From: Candidatus Latescibacterota bacterium
GTDB taxonomy: Bacteria; Latescibacterota; UBA2968; UBA8231
NCBI GenBank assembly: GCA_965243025.1
Contig: CBDETY010000003.1
Span: 3,456,001 to 3,520,000, forward strand
DNA: 64,000 nucleotides
Reading direction: 5' to 3'
Below are positions 27,521 to 36,694 of the stretch, piece after piece (the first letter of the stretch is position 1; each line of letters starts with the position of its first letter). Under the pieces are notes generated by a model that made no database searches, was not told the origin of the DNA, and worked only from the letters and a program-made list of their open reading frames with translations. The position numbers and the translations under genes are program-made.

Positions 27521-29452
27521 ATGACCGACACCCGCATCACCGCCGACGTCCCTGTTTCCGAGCTGCCGTCATGGGCGGTCTGGGAACGCCACCTCATCGA
27601 CCTCCTCAACGACTCCGTCCACCCCTTTCTCGAGCACTTCACCCGCGACGACGGCGAGTTCATCTGGCGGGACGAATGGGGCGGCGGCAGCTGCGACGAC
27701 TACTACGAGCCGTTCTTCAGCTGGCCGGCGATCTACATGATGGGCGGGGCGGAGCACATGCTCTCCCTGGCGGAGCGGCAGTGGGAGGCGATCACCCGGC
27801 AGCTCACCCGACTCGGCGCCGTGCACAACGAGTACGGGATCAAGGAGGACAACTTCCACCAGTCGGAAAGCGACATCTTCTTCTACAACCTCTGCCTCGC
27901 CAGTCCGCGGGCGGAAAAATGGAGGGAGAGGGCCCGCCGCTTCGCCGGCTTCTACCTCAACGAGGACCCCGAGGCGGTCAGCTACGACCCGGAGCGCCGC
28001 ATCGTCATGTCCCCCCTCAACGGCAGCCGCGGCGCCTGGATCGCCCCGCCGGAATCGCGGGAAAACCGTTCCTATGCCCCTCTCGGCGGCACCATGGAGC
28101 GCTACAGCCTCCCCTTCTTCGACCTGCCCGGCATAGAGACGGTGAAGGACCTCGGCGACCCGCGGAAAGCCAGGGCCATGGGGCAGGCGATGTACGACCG
28201 CCACAGCCGCGGCGACGTCGCCTCGAACCTGTCGATCACCACCCTGGTGACCAACGCCTTCCTGGTCAGCGGCGAGGAGAAGTACCGCGACTGGGTGGTC
28301 GAGTACACCGGCGCCTGGATGCGCAGGGCCGAGGAGAACGGCGGCCTGATCCCCGACAACGTCGGCCTGTCGGGTGAGGTCGGGGAGTACTGCAACGGCA
28401 ACTGGTACGGCGGCCTCTACGGCTGGACCTGGCCGCACGGCTTCGCGACCCTGATCGCCGCGGTGTTCGACGCCGGGGCGAACGCCTTCCTGCTGACCCG
28501 CGACTCGAGCTACCTCGACCTGCCCCGCGGCCAGATCGACCGCATCCTCGAGCTCGGTGAGCTGCGCCGGGAGGACGCCCGCGACAGGCTCGGACCGGGG
28601 CAGTCGGACGGCGGTCCCTCCGGCGGCGGCGAAACCTTCATGGTTCCCCAACGCTACGGCGATGCCGGCTGGTTCGACTGGTCGCCGCCGTCCCCGGTCT
28701 GGCCGATGGCCCTGTGGAACCTGTCGATGGCGGAGGAGGACTGGAGCCGGATCGAGGAAATACGCGCCAAAAGCGGGGACGGCTGGAACAGGGTCAGCGC
28801 CTCCCACGGCAAGACCGACGCCGGCCACGAGGCCCCCTGGGTGCGGTTCCTGGCGGGGGCCAACCCCGATTATCCCGAGCGCATCCTGCACGCCACCGAG
28901 CAGATCGTGCGCCGGCGCCTGGCGCTCGTGCGGGAAGACCAGTCGGTCGGCACCCGGCACCACGTTCACCACTGGCAGTGGGCCAACCCCGTCTCCTCGG
29001 AGGCGCTGGTGCAGCTCACCCTCGGGGCGCCGCAGCAGGTCTACAACGGCGGCCTGCTGCACGCGCGCCTGCGCTACTTCGACGCGCAGCAGCGCCGCCC
29101 GGGGCTGCCGCCCGACGTCGCGGCGCTGGTGGAGAAGCTCGAGGCCGAGCGCACGGTGGTGCGCCTGGTGAACCTCGGCGGCACGGAGACGCGCGACCTC
29201 ATCCTGCAGGCCGGCGCCTTCGGCGAGCACCGGTTCGGCACGGTGAAGAGCCTCGGGCGCACCAGCGTGTGGCCGGGGGAGCTGGGCGGGTACGCCGGCC
29301 CCTCCACGCCGCCGACGGAACTGGAGGAACGCACCGCCGAGGTGAACTCGACCCACTGCGCCGTTACCCTGCCCCCGGGGATGGAGATCACCCTCGACAT
29401 GGCCACCGAGCGCTACGCGGCCTCCCCTTCCTATTCCAATGCGCCGTTCTGA
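27521..29452 (+). CDS. 643-aa protein of unknown function, possibly an alpha/alpha-toroid hydrolase or lyase
   Basis: Long ORF with strong GC3 bias; rich in W/D/E/H (DDYYEPF, DNFHQSE, IPDNVGL); no signal peptide. Confidence 0.75.
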   Translation: MTDTRITADVPVSELPSWAVWERHLIDLLNDSVHPFLEHFTRDDGEFIWRDEWGGGSCDDYYEPFFSWPAIYMMGGAEHMLSLAERQWEAITRQLTRLGAVHNEYGIKEDNFHQSESDIFFYNLCLASPRAEKWRERARRFAGFYLNEDPEAVSYDPERRIVMSPLNGSRGAWIAPPESRENRSYAPLGGTMERYSLPFFDLPGIETVKDLGDPRKARAMGQAMYDRHSRGDVASNLSITTLVTNAFLVSGEEKYRDWVVEYTGAWMRRAEENGGLIPDNVGLSGEVGEYCNGNWYGGLYGWTWPHGFATLIAAVFDAGANAFLLTRDSSYLDLPRGQIDRILELGELRREDARDRLGPGQSDGGPSGGGETFMVPQRYGDAGWFDWSPPSPVWPMALWNLSMAEEDWSRIEEIRAKSGDGWNRVSASHGKTDAGHEAPWVRFLAGANPDYPERILHATEQIVRRRLALVREDQSVGTRHHVHHWQWANPVSSEALVQLTLGAPQQVYNGGLLHARLRYFDAQQRRPGLPPDVAALVEKLEAERTVVRLVNLGGTETRDLILQAGAFGEHRFGTVKSLGRTSVWPGELGGYAGPSTPPTELEERTAEVNSTHCAVTLPPGMEITLDMATERYAASPSYSNAPF

Positions 29453-29461
29453 TCCGGAGCC

Positions 29462-30316
29462 ATGACCGCATACGAGAAATACCTGTTCGATCTCAACGGC
29501 TACATCCTCGTCCCCGGGGCCCTGACCCCGGGGCAGGTCGACGCCATGAACGAGGCGATCGATCACAACCGCGACCAGATCCACATCCGCACCCGCGAGC
29601 AGGCCCTCGACGGCAGCCTCGAGGAGCAGGGCGGGCGCGCCGCCGAAGGCCTCGTGGGGGACCACGGCCGCGGCGACTTCGGCAACTTCCTGTTCTGGGA
29701 GGAGCCCTGGTGCAGGGTGTTCCGCGAAGTCGTCACCCTCCCCGGCATCCTGCGGGCGATGGTGGAGGTGATCGGCCCCCGCTTCCGCATGGCAGGCACC
29801 GCGGGCATCAGCATGACCCGGGGCAGCGAGGGGTTCATCTTCCACGGCGGGGGCACCCCCGAGCTCGACCACATGCGCGACGTCTTCTACCACCGCTTCG
29901 AGAACGGGCGCATGAACAACGGCCTGGTGTCGGTGAGCTACTCCCTCGGCGAGGTCGGTCCTGAGGACGGGGGCTTCGCCTGCATCCCGGGGAGCCACAA
30001 GGCCAACTACCTCTGCCCCCTGGAAGTGCGCCGCCTCGAAGTCGACCTCGGGTGCATCCGCCATATCCCGATGCGGGCCGGCGACGCGGTGATCTTCACC
30101 GAGGCCCTCACCCACGGGACCCTGCCCTGGAAAGCCGCCCACGAACGGCGGCTGCTGCGCTACCTCTACTCCCCTTCGTCCCACCTCCACAGCTACAACC
30201 CCCAGTGGGAGGAGATCGAGCTGTCGGCGCTGGAGCGCGCTCTCCTCGGACCTCCGAGCCACCCTGGCGAGAACATCGAGGCGCTGCTGAACGGGCGCAC
30301 CCCCGGCCGCGCCTGA
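29462..30316 (+). CDS. PhyH family Fe/2OG oxygenase, HxG variant
   Basis: EKYLFDLNGYILV, FHGG, GGFACIPGSHK, AGDAVIFTEALTHGT. Confidence 0.88.
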   Translation: MTAYEKYLFDLNGYILVPGALTPGQVDAMNEAIDHNRDQIHIRTREQALDGSLEEQGGRAAEGLVGDHGRGDFGNFLFWEEPWCRVFREVVTLPGILRAMVEVIGPRFRMAGTAGISMTRGSEGFIFHGGGTPELDHMRDVFYHRFENGRMNNGLVSVSYSLGEVGPEDGGFACIPGSHKANYLCPLEVRRLEVDLGCIRHIPMRAGDAVIFTEALTHGTLPWKAAHERRLLRYLYSPSSHLHSYNPQWEEIELSALERALLGPPSHPGENIEALLNGRTPGRA

Positions 30317-30317
30317 T

Positions 30318-31163
30318 TCAGAACACCAGCAGCATCGACCCGGCGCCGGCCGCGGCCCCTGCGGCGGTAAGCGGGGAAACCCTTTCCCGCCAGACCGCGC
30401 GGGCGAACAGGATGTCCATGATCACCACGGCGCAGCCGGCGATCGGGAAGAACCGGGCGCTCGAGAGGCGCGCCAGGGTGATGAGAAAGATCGCCAGCGC
30501 CAGGGCGTTGAAGACGCCAATGCCCACCCCCATGCGCACCCCGTCCCAGGTCGGGGACCTGCCCGCGAACCCTAAGGCCAGAGCCCCGAGCATGCCGGCG
30601 CTGCCGGTGGTCACCAGCAGCACCTCGAGCTCATGGCCGTCGAGGCCGGCGTGATGCACCCAGCGCGCGCAGGTGTGGCTCACTCCCTGGAGCAGGCAGA
30701 CCCCTGCCGCGAGAACCGCCTGTGGCACCACCCCCCGCATGCCCAGGCCCCTTGTTCCGGCGCTCATCAGCACCAGCGAAACCATCGCCATGGAGACGCC
30801 GACGAGCTGCCGCGCCGATATCTCCTCGTTCCACAACAGCACGGAAACGGCGATCGGCACGACGATCGACAGGCGGAAGGCGGTGAGGACGACAGCGGCG
30901 TCGGAAACCTCGAGGGCCCAGGTCATCAGGAACATCGAGACCATGAAGGAAAACCCGGTTACTCCCCCGACGAGGACCACCGTGGACCCCAGCTCGATTC
31001 CGCCCCGCCACTGCAGGTACGCCGCCAGGACCGCGGCGGCGACCAGGTAGTTGACGGTGACCACCAACGGTCCGAAGCAGCCGCGGCGCTGCGACCACTT
31101 GAAGAGCTGGCCGAACAGGAAGGAGGTAACGACCGCCAGAACGAGAAGCAGGGTGGAGCTGAT
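30318..31163 (-). CDS. EamA/DMT family transporter, probable non-canonical ATC start
   Basis: About 10 hydrophobic segments, VLLWNEEIS and VWRERVS; the first TM lies upstream of the ORF-track start at 31067. Confidence 0.75.
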   Translation of the reverse strand: MSSTLLLVLAVVTSFLFGQLFKWSQRRGCFGPLVVTVNYLVAAAVLAAYLQWRGGIELGSTVVLVGGVTGFSFMVSMFLMTWALEVSDAAVVLTAFRLSIVVPIAVSVLLWNEEISARQLVGVSMAMVSLVLMSAGTRGLGMRGVVPQAVLAAGVCLLQGVSHTCARWVHHAGLDGHELEVLLVTTGSAGMLGALALGFAGRSPTWDGVRMGVGIGVFNALALAIFLITLARLSSARFFPIAGCAVVIMDILFARAVWRERVSPLTAAGAAAGAGSMLLVF

Positions 31164-31170
31164 GGGAATC

Positions 31171-32250
31171 CTACTGCGGCAGGTGGCGGAGAAAGAACTC
31201 CAGCCAGTTCAGGTGCAGGATGCGGTCGATATCGCCGTCGGAGTAGCCGCGGCTGTCGAGAATCTCCTCGACTCTGCGCAGGTCGGCGCTGGTCCGGTAA
31301 TCCACGGGCATGTGGTCGGTGGTGCCGGTGTCCGTGCCGATGGCCGCGTGGCAGGCGTTGCCGGCGAGCTGGCAGACGTGGTCGATATGGTCGACCACCT
31401 TCTCCATCCGCAGGTCCCCGGGCTCTGACTCGTAGACCACCCAGCCCGGCACCAGCATCCAGGCGTCGAAAGCGGAGCCGACGACGGCGTCCCGCTCGAT
31501 CAGCAGCTTCAGCTGCTCGTCGGAAAACTGGCGGTCTCCGGGAACCAGGGCGCGGCAGTTGGTGTGGCTGGCGATCACCGGACCGCCGAAGGAATCCAGG
31601 GACTGAAAGAAGGCCTGGTCGGCGGTGTGCGTGAGATCGAGGACCATGCCGGCCCGCTCGAACTCGCGCAGCAGCTCGAACCCTTTGCGGGTCAACGGCC
31701 CGTCGGCGCCGGTGCCCTGGGCGTAGTGACCCGGTCCGAAGTGGGCGAGGCTGACCGAGCGCACCCCGTCGGCGTACCAGTCGGCGGCCTGCGCGGGCTC
31801 GACGATGGGGTCGGCGCATTCCATCGATACGATGATGCCGACGGGCAGGTCATCCCTGGTTTCCGCCTGGCTCCAGCTCTGCCAGTGGGACCGCAACCCG
31901 GCAGCGGTTGCGATCAGGGCGACCTCACCCTGCCGCTGCAGGGCGCGGTAGTAGGCGAGCTGCCCCTGGGCCCAGGCGTATGCCATGGATTGGGTACCGA
32001 AATCGAGGTCGGTGCGCTTGTGGCCCTCGGCGGGCTGCACCTCCCTGTTGGCCCTGGCGGCGACAGTGGAGACGCAGACGGCCACGCCCCCGCGGCGCAT
32101 TTGCGGCAGGCTGGCGTTGGCGCAGCCGCGGCCGAACCCGGACATGTGGAATTCGCGCCGGTTGATCCGGGAGGTGGTCTCGGTTATGTCCCGGTTCCAG
32201 GCTAGGGCGAAGAGCGCGAGGTCGAGGTGGCCGTCGAACAGCAGCTTCAT
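31171..32250 (-). CDS. membrane dipeptidase (peptidase M19)
   Basis: FDGHLD, SMECAD, LDLTH, ASHTNCRAL, IGTD. Confidence 0.9.
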   Translation of the reverse strand: MKLLFDGHLDLALFALAWNRDITETTSRINRREFHMSGFGRGCANASLPQMRRGGVAVCVSTVAARANREVQPAEGHKRTDLDFGTQSMAYAWAQGQLAYYRALQRQGEVALIATAAGLRSHWQSWSQAETRDDLPVGIIVSMECADPIVEPAQAADWYADGVRSVSLAHFGPGHYAQGTGADGPLTRKGFELLREFERAGMVLDLTHTADQAFFQSLDSFGGPVIASHTNCRALVPGDRQFSDEQLKLLIERDAVVGSAFDAWMLVPGWVVYESEPGDLRMEKVVDHIDHVCQLAGNACHAAIGTDTGTTDHMPVDYRTSADLRRVEEILDSRGYSDGDIDRILHLNWLEFFLRHLPQ

Positions 32251-32358
32251 GGTCGCCGAATATGGCGGATCGGGGCCCCCCGTCAAATCCCTTTCTCCCG
32301 TTGCCGGACGCCCCGATCCGGCGACCGGGAGGCGACCGTTCCGGGCGCGAAGTATCCC

Positions 32359-32387
32359 TTGACGGAAGGGGCATTTCGCCCTATATC
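32359..32387 (+). promoter_or_regulatory. putative sigma70 promoter TTGACG-N17-TATATC
   Basis: Spacing and position about 25 bp upstream of the ATG at 32413; the -10 is imperfect. Confidence 0.45.
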
Positions 32388-32412
32388 ACTTGGCAGCCGG
32401 ACTGCGTTCCGC

Positions 32413-35046
32413 ATGTCGATCAATTCCCGTAACATACTGTTATTCATACAATTATCATTGGCCGCGACCATGCTCCCCAAGGTCGCGGAGGGGCAGTTTC
32501 CGCCCGCCCACCGCGAGGTGGCCGAAGTCGGCATCTACGGCCCGGAAAGCCACGCCGGAGCCATGGCTCCAACCCTCAGGAAGTGGCTTCTCCCGCAAAG
32601 CCTCTACTACGAGTACCGCTGGCGGAGCTGGGATTACTCCAATTTCGCCAACGTTCCCTACCTCAACTACGTCAGCTCCGAGATCAACGGAGCGAGGCAG
32701 TACAACCCGTTCGGAGTGTACATCTCCCGGGGCTGGCGCATTTTCGACTGGACCGAAAACAACCCGCTGCCGGCAGGCAGCAGGATCTTCAAGTCGACGG
32801 AGTACCGCTCCTGGTTCAGCAACCTCGTCGTCTCGTCGGCCCACAAGGGCCAGTTCCACACCTCCTTCACGGTCAGCGACGGCATCCGCACCACGTTGAC
32901 CCCGCTGACGTTCTCGAAGCCGGTTTTCAACGGCATGCAGTGGGATTTCCAGACCGACAAGTACGGCTTCACGGTTATCAGCTCCCGCGCCAGCGCGCCC
33001 GCCGACGCCGTCAGCAGGACCGACGTCAGCGTGCGCAACTCCACCCGGATCCTGGCGGGAAGGGGCGTCGCCCAGGTCGGCGATTTCGCGTCTCTCGGCC
33101 TCACCTACGTGAACGCCCACCACGCCGACAACGACGTCAGCCTCGACGACAACTCGCTCAAAGGAGTCCTGACCGAGTCGCAGAACACCGGCAACATCGA
33201 AACCATCGTGATCCGGATTGTCGACGATTCCCCCGAGACGCCCGAATCGGGTGCGGTCCTTTTCCTCGAGCGGGTGCTGGTCGACGGCGCCGTTCAGGAT
33301 ATCGATCCGCTGGTCGAAGGCGGGATCCGCGAGGACGGCGTCCTCAAGGCGAGGGGAACCGACGCGGTCCTGCTGACCTACGACATCCGCAACAAATTCC
33401 GGGCGACCGATGAGACCCCCAGCTTCCGCGACGCGAAAAAGCTGGAATTCGAGCTGATCATGGCCAACGACTACCGCGTCGAGGTCAGCTCCAACAAGCA
33501 GCTCGACAGACTGGGCGAGAACATCTTTCTGCCGGTATTCCAGGCCCGCGGCAACATCGTCGACGGCTCCAACCAGCGGTTCCTCCGGTTCGAGTACGGC
33601 CTGCCGACGGCCAACGAAGTGATGGGCATGGATTTCGAACTGACCAACGTGCGCGGAGTCGACCTGCGCGCCGAATACGCCCTCAACCGCCGTTTCAGCC
33701 GCTACCCGAACCAGAACTTCCGCAAACTCGATTCCATAGAAGAAAAAGGTCAGGCGGCTTACGCTACGGCCTCTTGGGCCTACTCCCCCTGGTTCGCCTA
33801 CGGGGAAGTCTTCTCCATCGATCCAGACTACAACACCTCGGCCTTCATCACCAACGCCAACGGGGGCATCGACTACAGCGCGGATACCCGCCACCGCTTC
33901 GAATTCGTCGACGACAACGACGACCAGGACCGCTTCGCCGACTGGACCCGCGCCGGTCAGTCGGGACAGACCATGTTCGTGGGCGACATCGGGGCGGTCA
34001 ACGGCACGGACTCCGAGATATTCCCCGGCCTCGACGAGAACAACGACTTCGTTTCCGACTTCAACCAGAACCGGAACCTGGAACCGGATTACGTCGAACC
34101 GTTCCTTCGTTACGGAGTCGACGCCCCTGAATTCCTGTTCGGCGTCGACATGAACAACAACACCATCGTCGACCGCTTCGAGGACGACGATCTTCCCGAC
34201 TACCCGTTCGAGCGGGACCGCAAAGGATACAACGTGTACGGCGGTCTCGCGCTGCTCAAAAACCTCAACGCCACGGTCGGACGGCTGTTTCAGGAGCAGC
34301 AGACCAGCGGGCGCCGCAACCGGACTCAATACGGGATGCTGACCGGCCGCTGGCGCTACCCCGGGTTCCAGTTCTCCCTGTTCGAGTACGCCAGGAGCGC
34401 CAGGGACAACATCGCCGAGGACCGCCTTCGCTGGACCGATCCGGAGGGCCTGTCGCGGTTCAGCGATCCCCTCGACGCTCAGGATACGTTCATCAACAAC
34501 CTGTATCTCGACGCCAGGTACCTGGGCATTCCGAGGACGAACCTTTCGACCAGGCTGAAATGGGACTTCTACCGGCAGCGCGGGGAGCAGGCCGACCTCA
34601 AGCGCAACCGCTCCTTCTTCGGCTGGGTCCACAAGGCGGACTACGAGTTCAACTGGGGCGGGAGCCTGACTTTCTATCCCAAGTGGAAAAGCACTTTCAG
34701 GCGCGAGGTGTCCAGCCGCGCCGGTCTGCCACTGAAGCGGGATATTCAGGAGACGGTTTTCCTGATAACCCGCTACTCGATACTTCCCGAGACCTGGCTC
34801 GACTTCGGCCTGGAGTTCAGCGTTTTCGAAAACCTCGAAGGAGTTCCGGAAATCCCCCAGAGCGGTGTCACCGACGACTTCCGCAGCCTGGTCCTGGCCT
34901 GCCTGTTCTCCAATTCTTCCGCCTACCTCGGATACAAGCTCACTCTCAATGCAGGGTTGCAATGGGAGCGACAGAGCTTCAAAGAGGAAACGATAAGCGA
35001 GTCGATCGCCCTGGTCCGCATCTACGCCGCCACCGGCGAGATATAG
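32413..35046 (+). CDS. large exported or outer-membrane protein of unknown function with Asp/Asn-rich Ca-binding-like loops
   Basis: Signal peptide; DDNDDQD, DENNDFVSD, DMNNNTIVD; C-terminal region with alternating hydrophobic, beta-strand-like pattern. Confidence 0.75.
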   Translation: MSINSRNILLFIQLSLAATMLPKVAEGQFPPAHREVAEVGIYGPESHAGAMAPTLRKWLLPQSLYYEYRWRSWDYSNFANVPYLNYVSSEINGARQYNPFGVYISRGWRIFDWTENNPLPAGSRIFKSTEYRSWFSNLVVSSAHKGQFHTSFTVSDGIRTTLTPLTFSKPVFNGMQWDFQTDKYGFTVISSRASAPADAVSRTDVSVRNSTRILAGRGVAQVGDFASLGLTYVNAHHADNDVSLDDNSLKGVLTESQNTGNIETIVIRIVDDSPETPESGAVLFLERVLVDGAVQDIDPLVEGGIREDGVLKARGTDAVLLTYDIRNKFRATDETPSFRDAKKLEFELIMANDYRVEVSSNKQLDRLGENIFLPVFQARGNIVDGSNQRFLRFEYGLPTANEVMGMDFELTNVRGVDLRAEYALNRRFSRYPNQNFRKLDSIEEKGQAAYATASWAYSPWFAYGEVFSIDPDYNTSAFITNANGGIDYSADTRHRFEFVDDNDDQDRFADWTRAGQSGQTMFVGDIGAVNGTDSEIFPGLDENNDFVSDFNQNRNLEPDYVEPFLRYGVDAPEFLFGVDMNNNTIVDRFEDDDLPDYPFERDRKGYNVYGGLALLKNLNATVGRLFQEQQTSGRRNRTQYGMLTGRWRYPGFQFSLFEYARSARDNIAEDRLRWTDPEGLSRFSDPLDAQDTFINNLYLDARYLGIPRTNLSTRLKWDFYRQRGEQADLKRNRSFFGWVHKADYEFNWGGSLTFYPKWKSTFRREVSSRAGLPLKRDIQETVFLITRYSILPETWLDFGLEFSVFENLEGVPEIPQSGVTDDFRSLVLACLFSNSSAYLGYKLTLNAGLQWERQSFKEETISESIALVRIYAATGEI

Positions 35047-35153
35047 CAGCGCCGGTGGGTCTCTCCTCCTGACTCACCTTGCTTCCGAACTCCACCTGGC
35101 GTGCCAATTGAGCACGCCGTTTCTGTTTCAGAAAACGGATGGAGGGTGGCCGT

Positions 35154-36278
35154 TTACCCTGCCAGGTGGTGCCTGAGCCGCCCGATGACCGTGTCGACCT
35201 CGTCTTCTATCAGGTGCGCCACGGCAACGCGGATGCGCGCACCGTACCGGCGCGTCCAGATGCCCGGGTCCTCCCCTTTCAGCGCCGCTACGACCTCGCC
35301 GGCCGTCTTCCCGAGGGCCTGCTCGTCGAGGGTCACCAGGACGCCGTTGCTGAGGCTGTTCTCCTCCACGTGGCGCGCCGCTTCGATATGGGAAACCCCG
35401 TCGAGACCGTCGATGATGCGATCCGCCCTGACCCAGTGCTCGGCGATGCGGGCTTCGTGGTCCATGGCCAACCATTCCCTGAGCGCCACGATAACCGCGA
35501 CGATTTCCTGGCGGTCGAGCTTCAGGGGACGCCCCAGAGTTTCGTAGTCGCTGGTCTCGAAGCCGATGAAACTGTGCAGGAAAGCTGCTTCGAGAAGCTC
35601 CCGGGGACCGCACAGGATGCCGGTGGAATTGGGGGCACCGATGTACTTGGCGCCGAAACCGGCGAGGCCGCCGGAGGAGGCAAGACCTCGCATGGTCTCG
35701 AGGGGGTAGACCTGGTAGGCGGCGTCGACCGTGACCGGCAGTTCCCTCGGGGCGGCCACGGAGATGATCCCCTCGAGGTCGAGAATAGAGTCGTCCTCGT
35801 CACCCGAGGCGAAGTAATGGATCGCCGCGGTGTTTCCGCTGACCGCGCCCTCCAGCTGGGCCGTCGAGGTGCCGGTTTCGTCTCCGGCGTCGACGAGCAC
35901 CCCGCCGAAGATGGTCAGGCAGCGCTGGTAGTGGTAGTGCTGCCGCGCCTGCAGCAGGAACTCGTTCGGGATGCCGGTGGTGTCGGGCAGCTGCTCCATC
36001 CGGCCGGGATTCCCGGCCGACATGCAGGCCGCCGACGCCAGGGCCAGCGCCGCCCCGCAGCCAGGGGTCACCATCGCCGCCTCACAGCCGAGCAGGCCGG
36101 CAATCTCCTCCCCGGTGCCAAGAAGCAGCCTTTCCATCTCGACGTAGTGGCGATTGGCCGCCGCCATCGCCTCCTGCACCGCCGGTGAGAGGCGCGACCC
36201 GCCGAGAACCGTCTGGTAGCCGGCGGCGTTGATAACCGGGGTTGCCCCGAGGCGGCGATAGAGTTGAGCCGGATTCAT
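35154..36278 (-). CDS. SelA-like / DgaE-family PLP-dependent enzyme
   Basis: PVINAAGYQTVLGGS, VDAA, FGAKYIGAPNSTGIL, GRPLKLDRQEI. Confidence 0.8.
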   Translation of the reverse strand: MNPAQLYRRLGATPVINAAGYQTVLGGSRLSPAVQEAMAAANRHYVEMERLLLGTGEEIAGLLGCEAAMVTPGCGAALALASAACMSAGNPGRMEQLPDTTGIPNEFLLQARQHYHYQRCLTIFGGVLVDAGDETGTSTAQLEGAVSGNTAAIHYFASGDEDDSILDLEGIISVAAPRELPVTVDAAYQVYPLETMRGLASSGGLAGFGAKYIGAPNSTGILCGPRELLEAAFLHSFIGFETSDYETLGRPLKLDRQEIVAVIVALREWLAMDHEARIAEHWVRADRIIDGLDGVSHIEAARHVEENSLSNGVLVTLDEQALGKTAGEVVAALKGEDPGIWTRRYGARIRVAVAHLIEDEVDTVIGRLRHHLAG

Positions 36279-36694
36279 CCTGATCTCCTGGTGTGTGCAG
36301 GTAGTGTGCTGTCCGGGAACCGGGTACCCGATTGGGGGGGCAGCGAACCCCGGTCTGCACGCCCCCGGGAGTCTTCCGGGAGGCGGGCAGGCGGGAAGAG
36401 GCCAACGCCCCGGGAGGAAGAGCAACGCCCGGGCAGCGGATTCCCTGCGAAACGTCGCCACTGCCCGGGAAAACGGTCAAATCGTCCCTTCGACGATAAG
36501 CCCGGAGTTTGCAATGATGGTTATCTTTGTGCCGCTCAGCGGGCAGGCTGTCCGAAGGCGGTAGCCCCCGGTTGCCGGGATCGGTCTCATGACGACGACG
36601 ATCCGAAGCCGGACACCCGCCGATCACACCCCGCTTCTTCCCGGCTTCGACTGGAAATCACTGACATGCCCCCAGCGACTGCCCCGGGCCCGGC

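Noticed and set aside
35154-36278. Selenocysteine synthase selA or Sec recoding
   Set aside because: Short SelA-like/DgaE-type protein without selB or tRNA-Sec nearby; no in-frame TGA readthrough candidate seen
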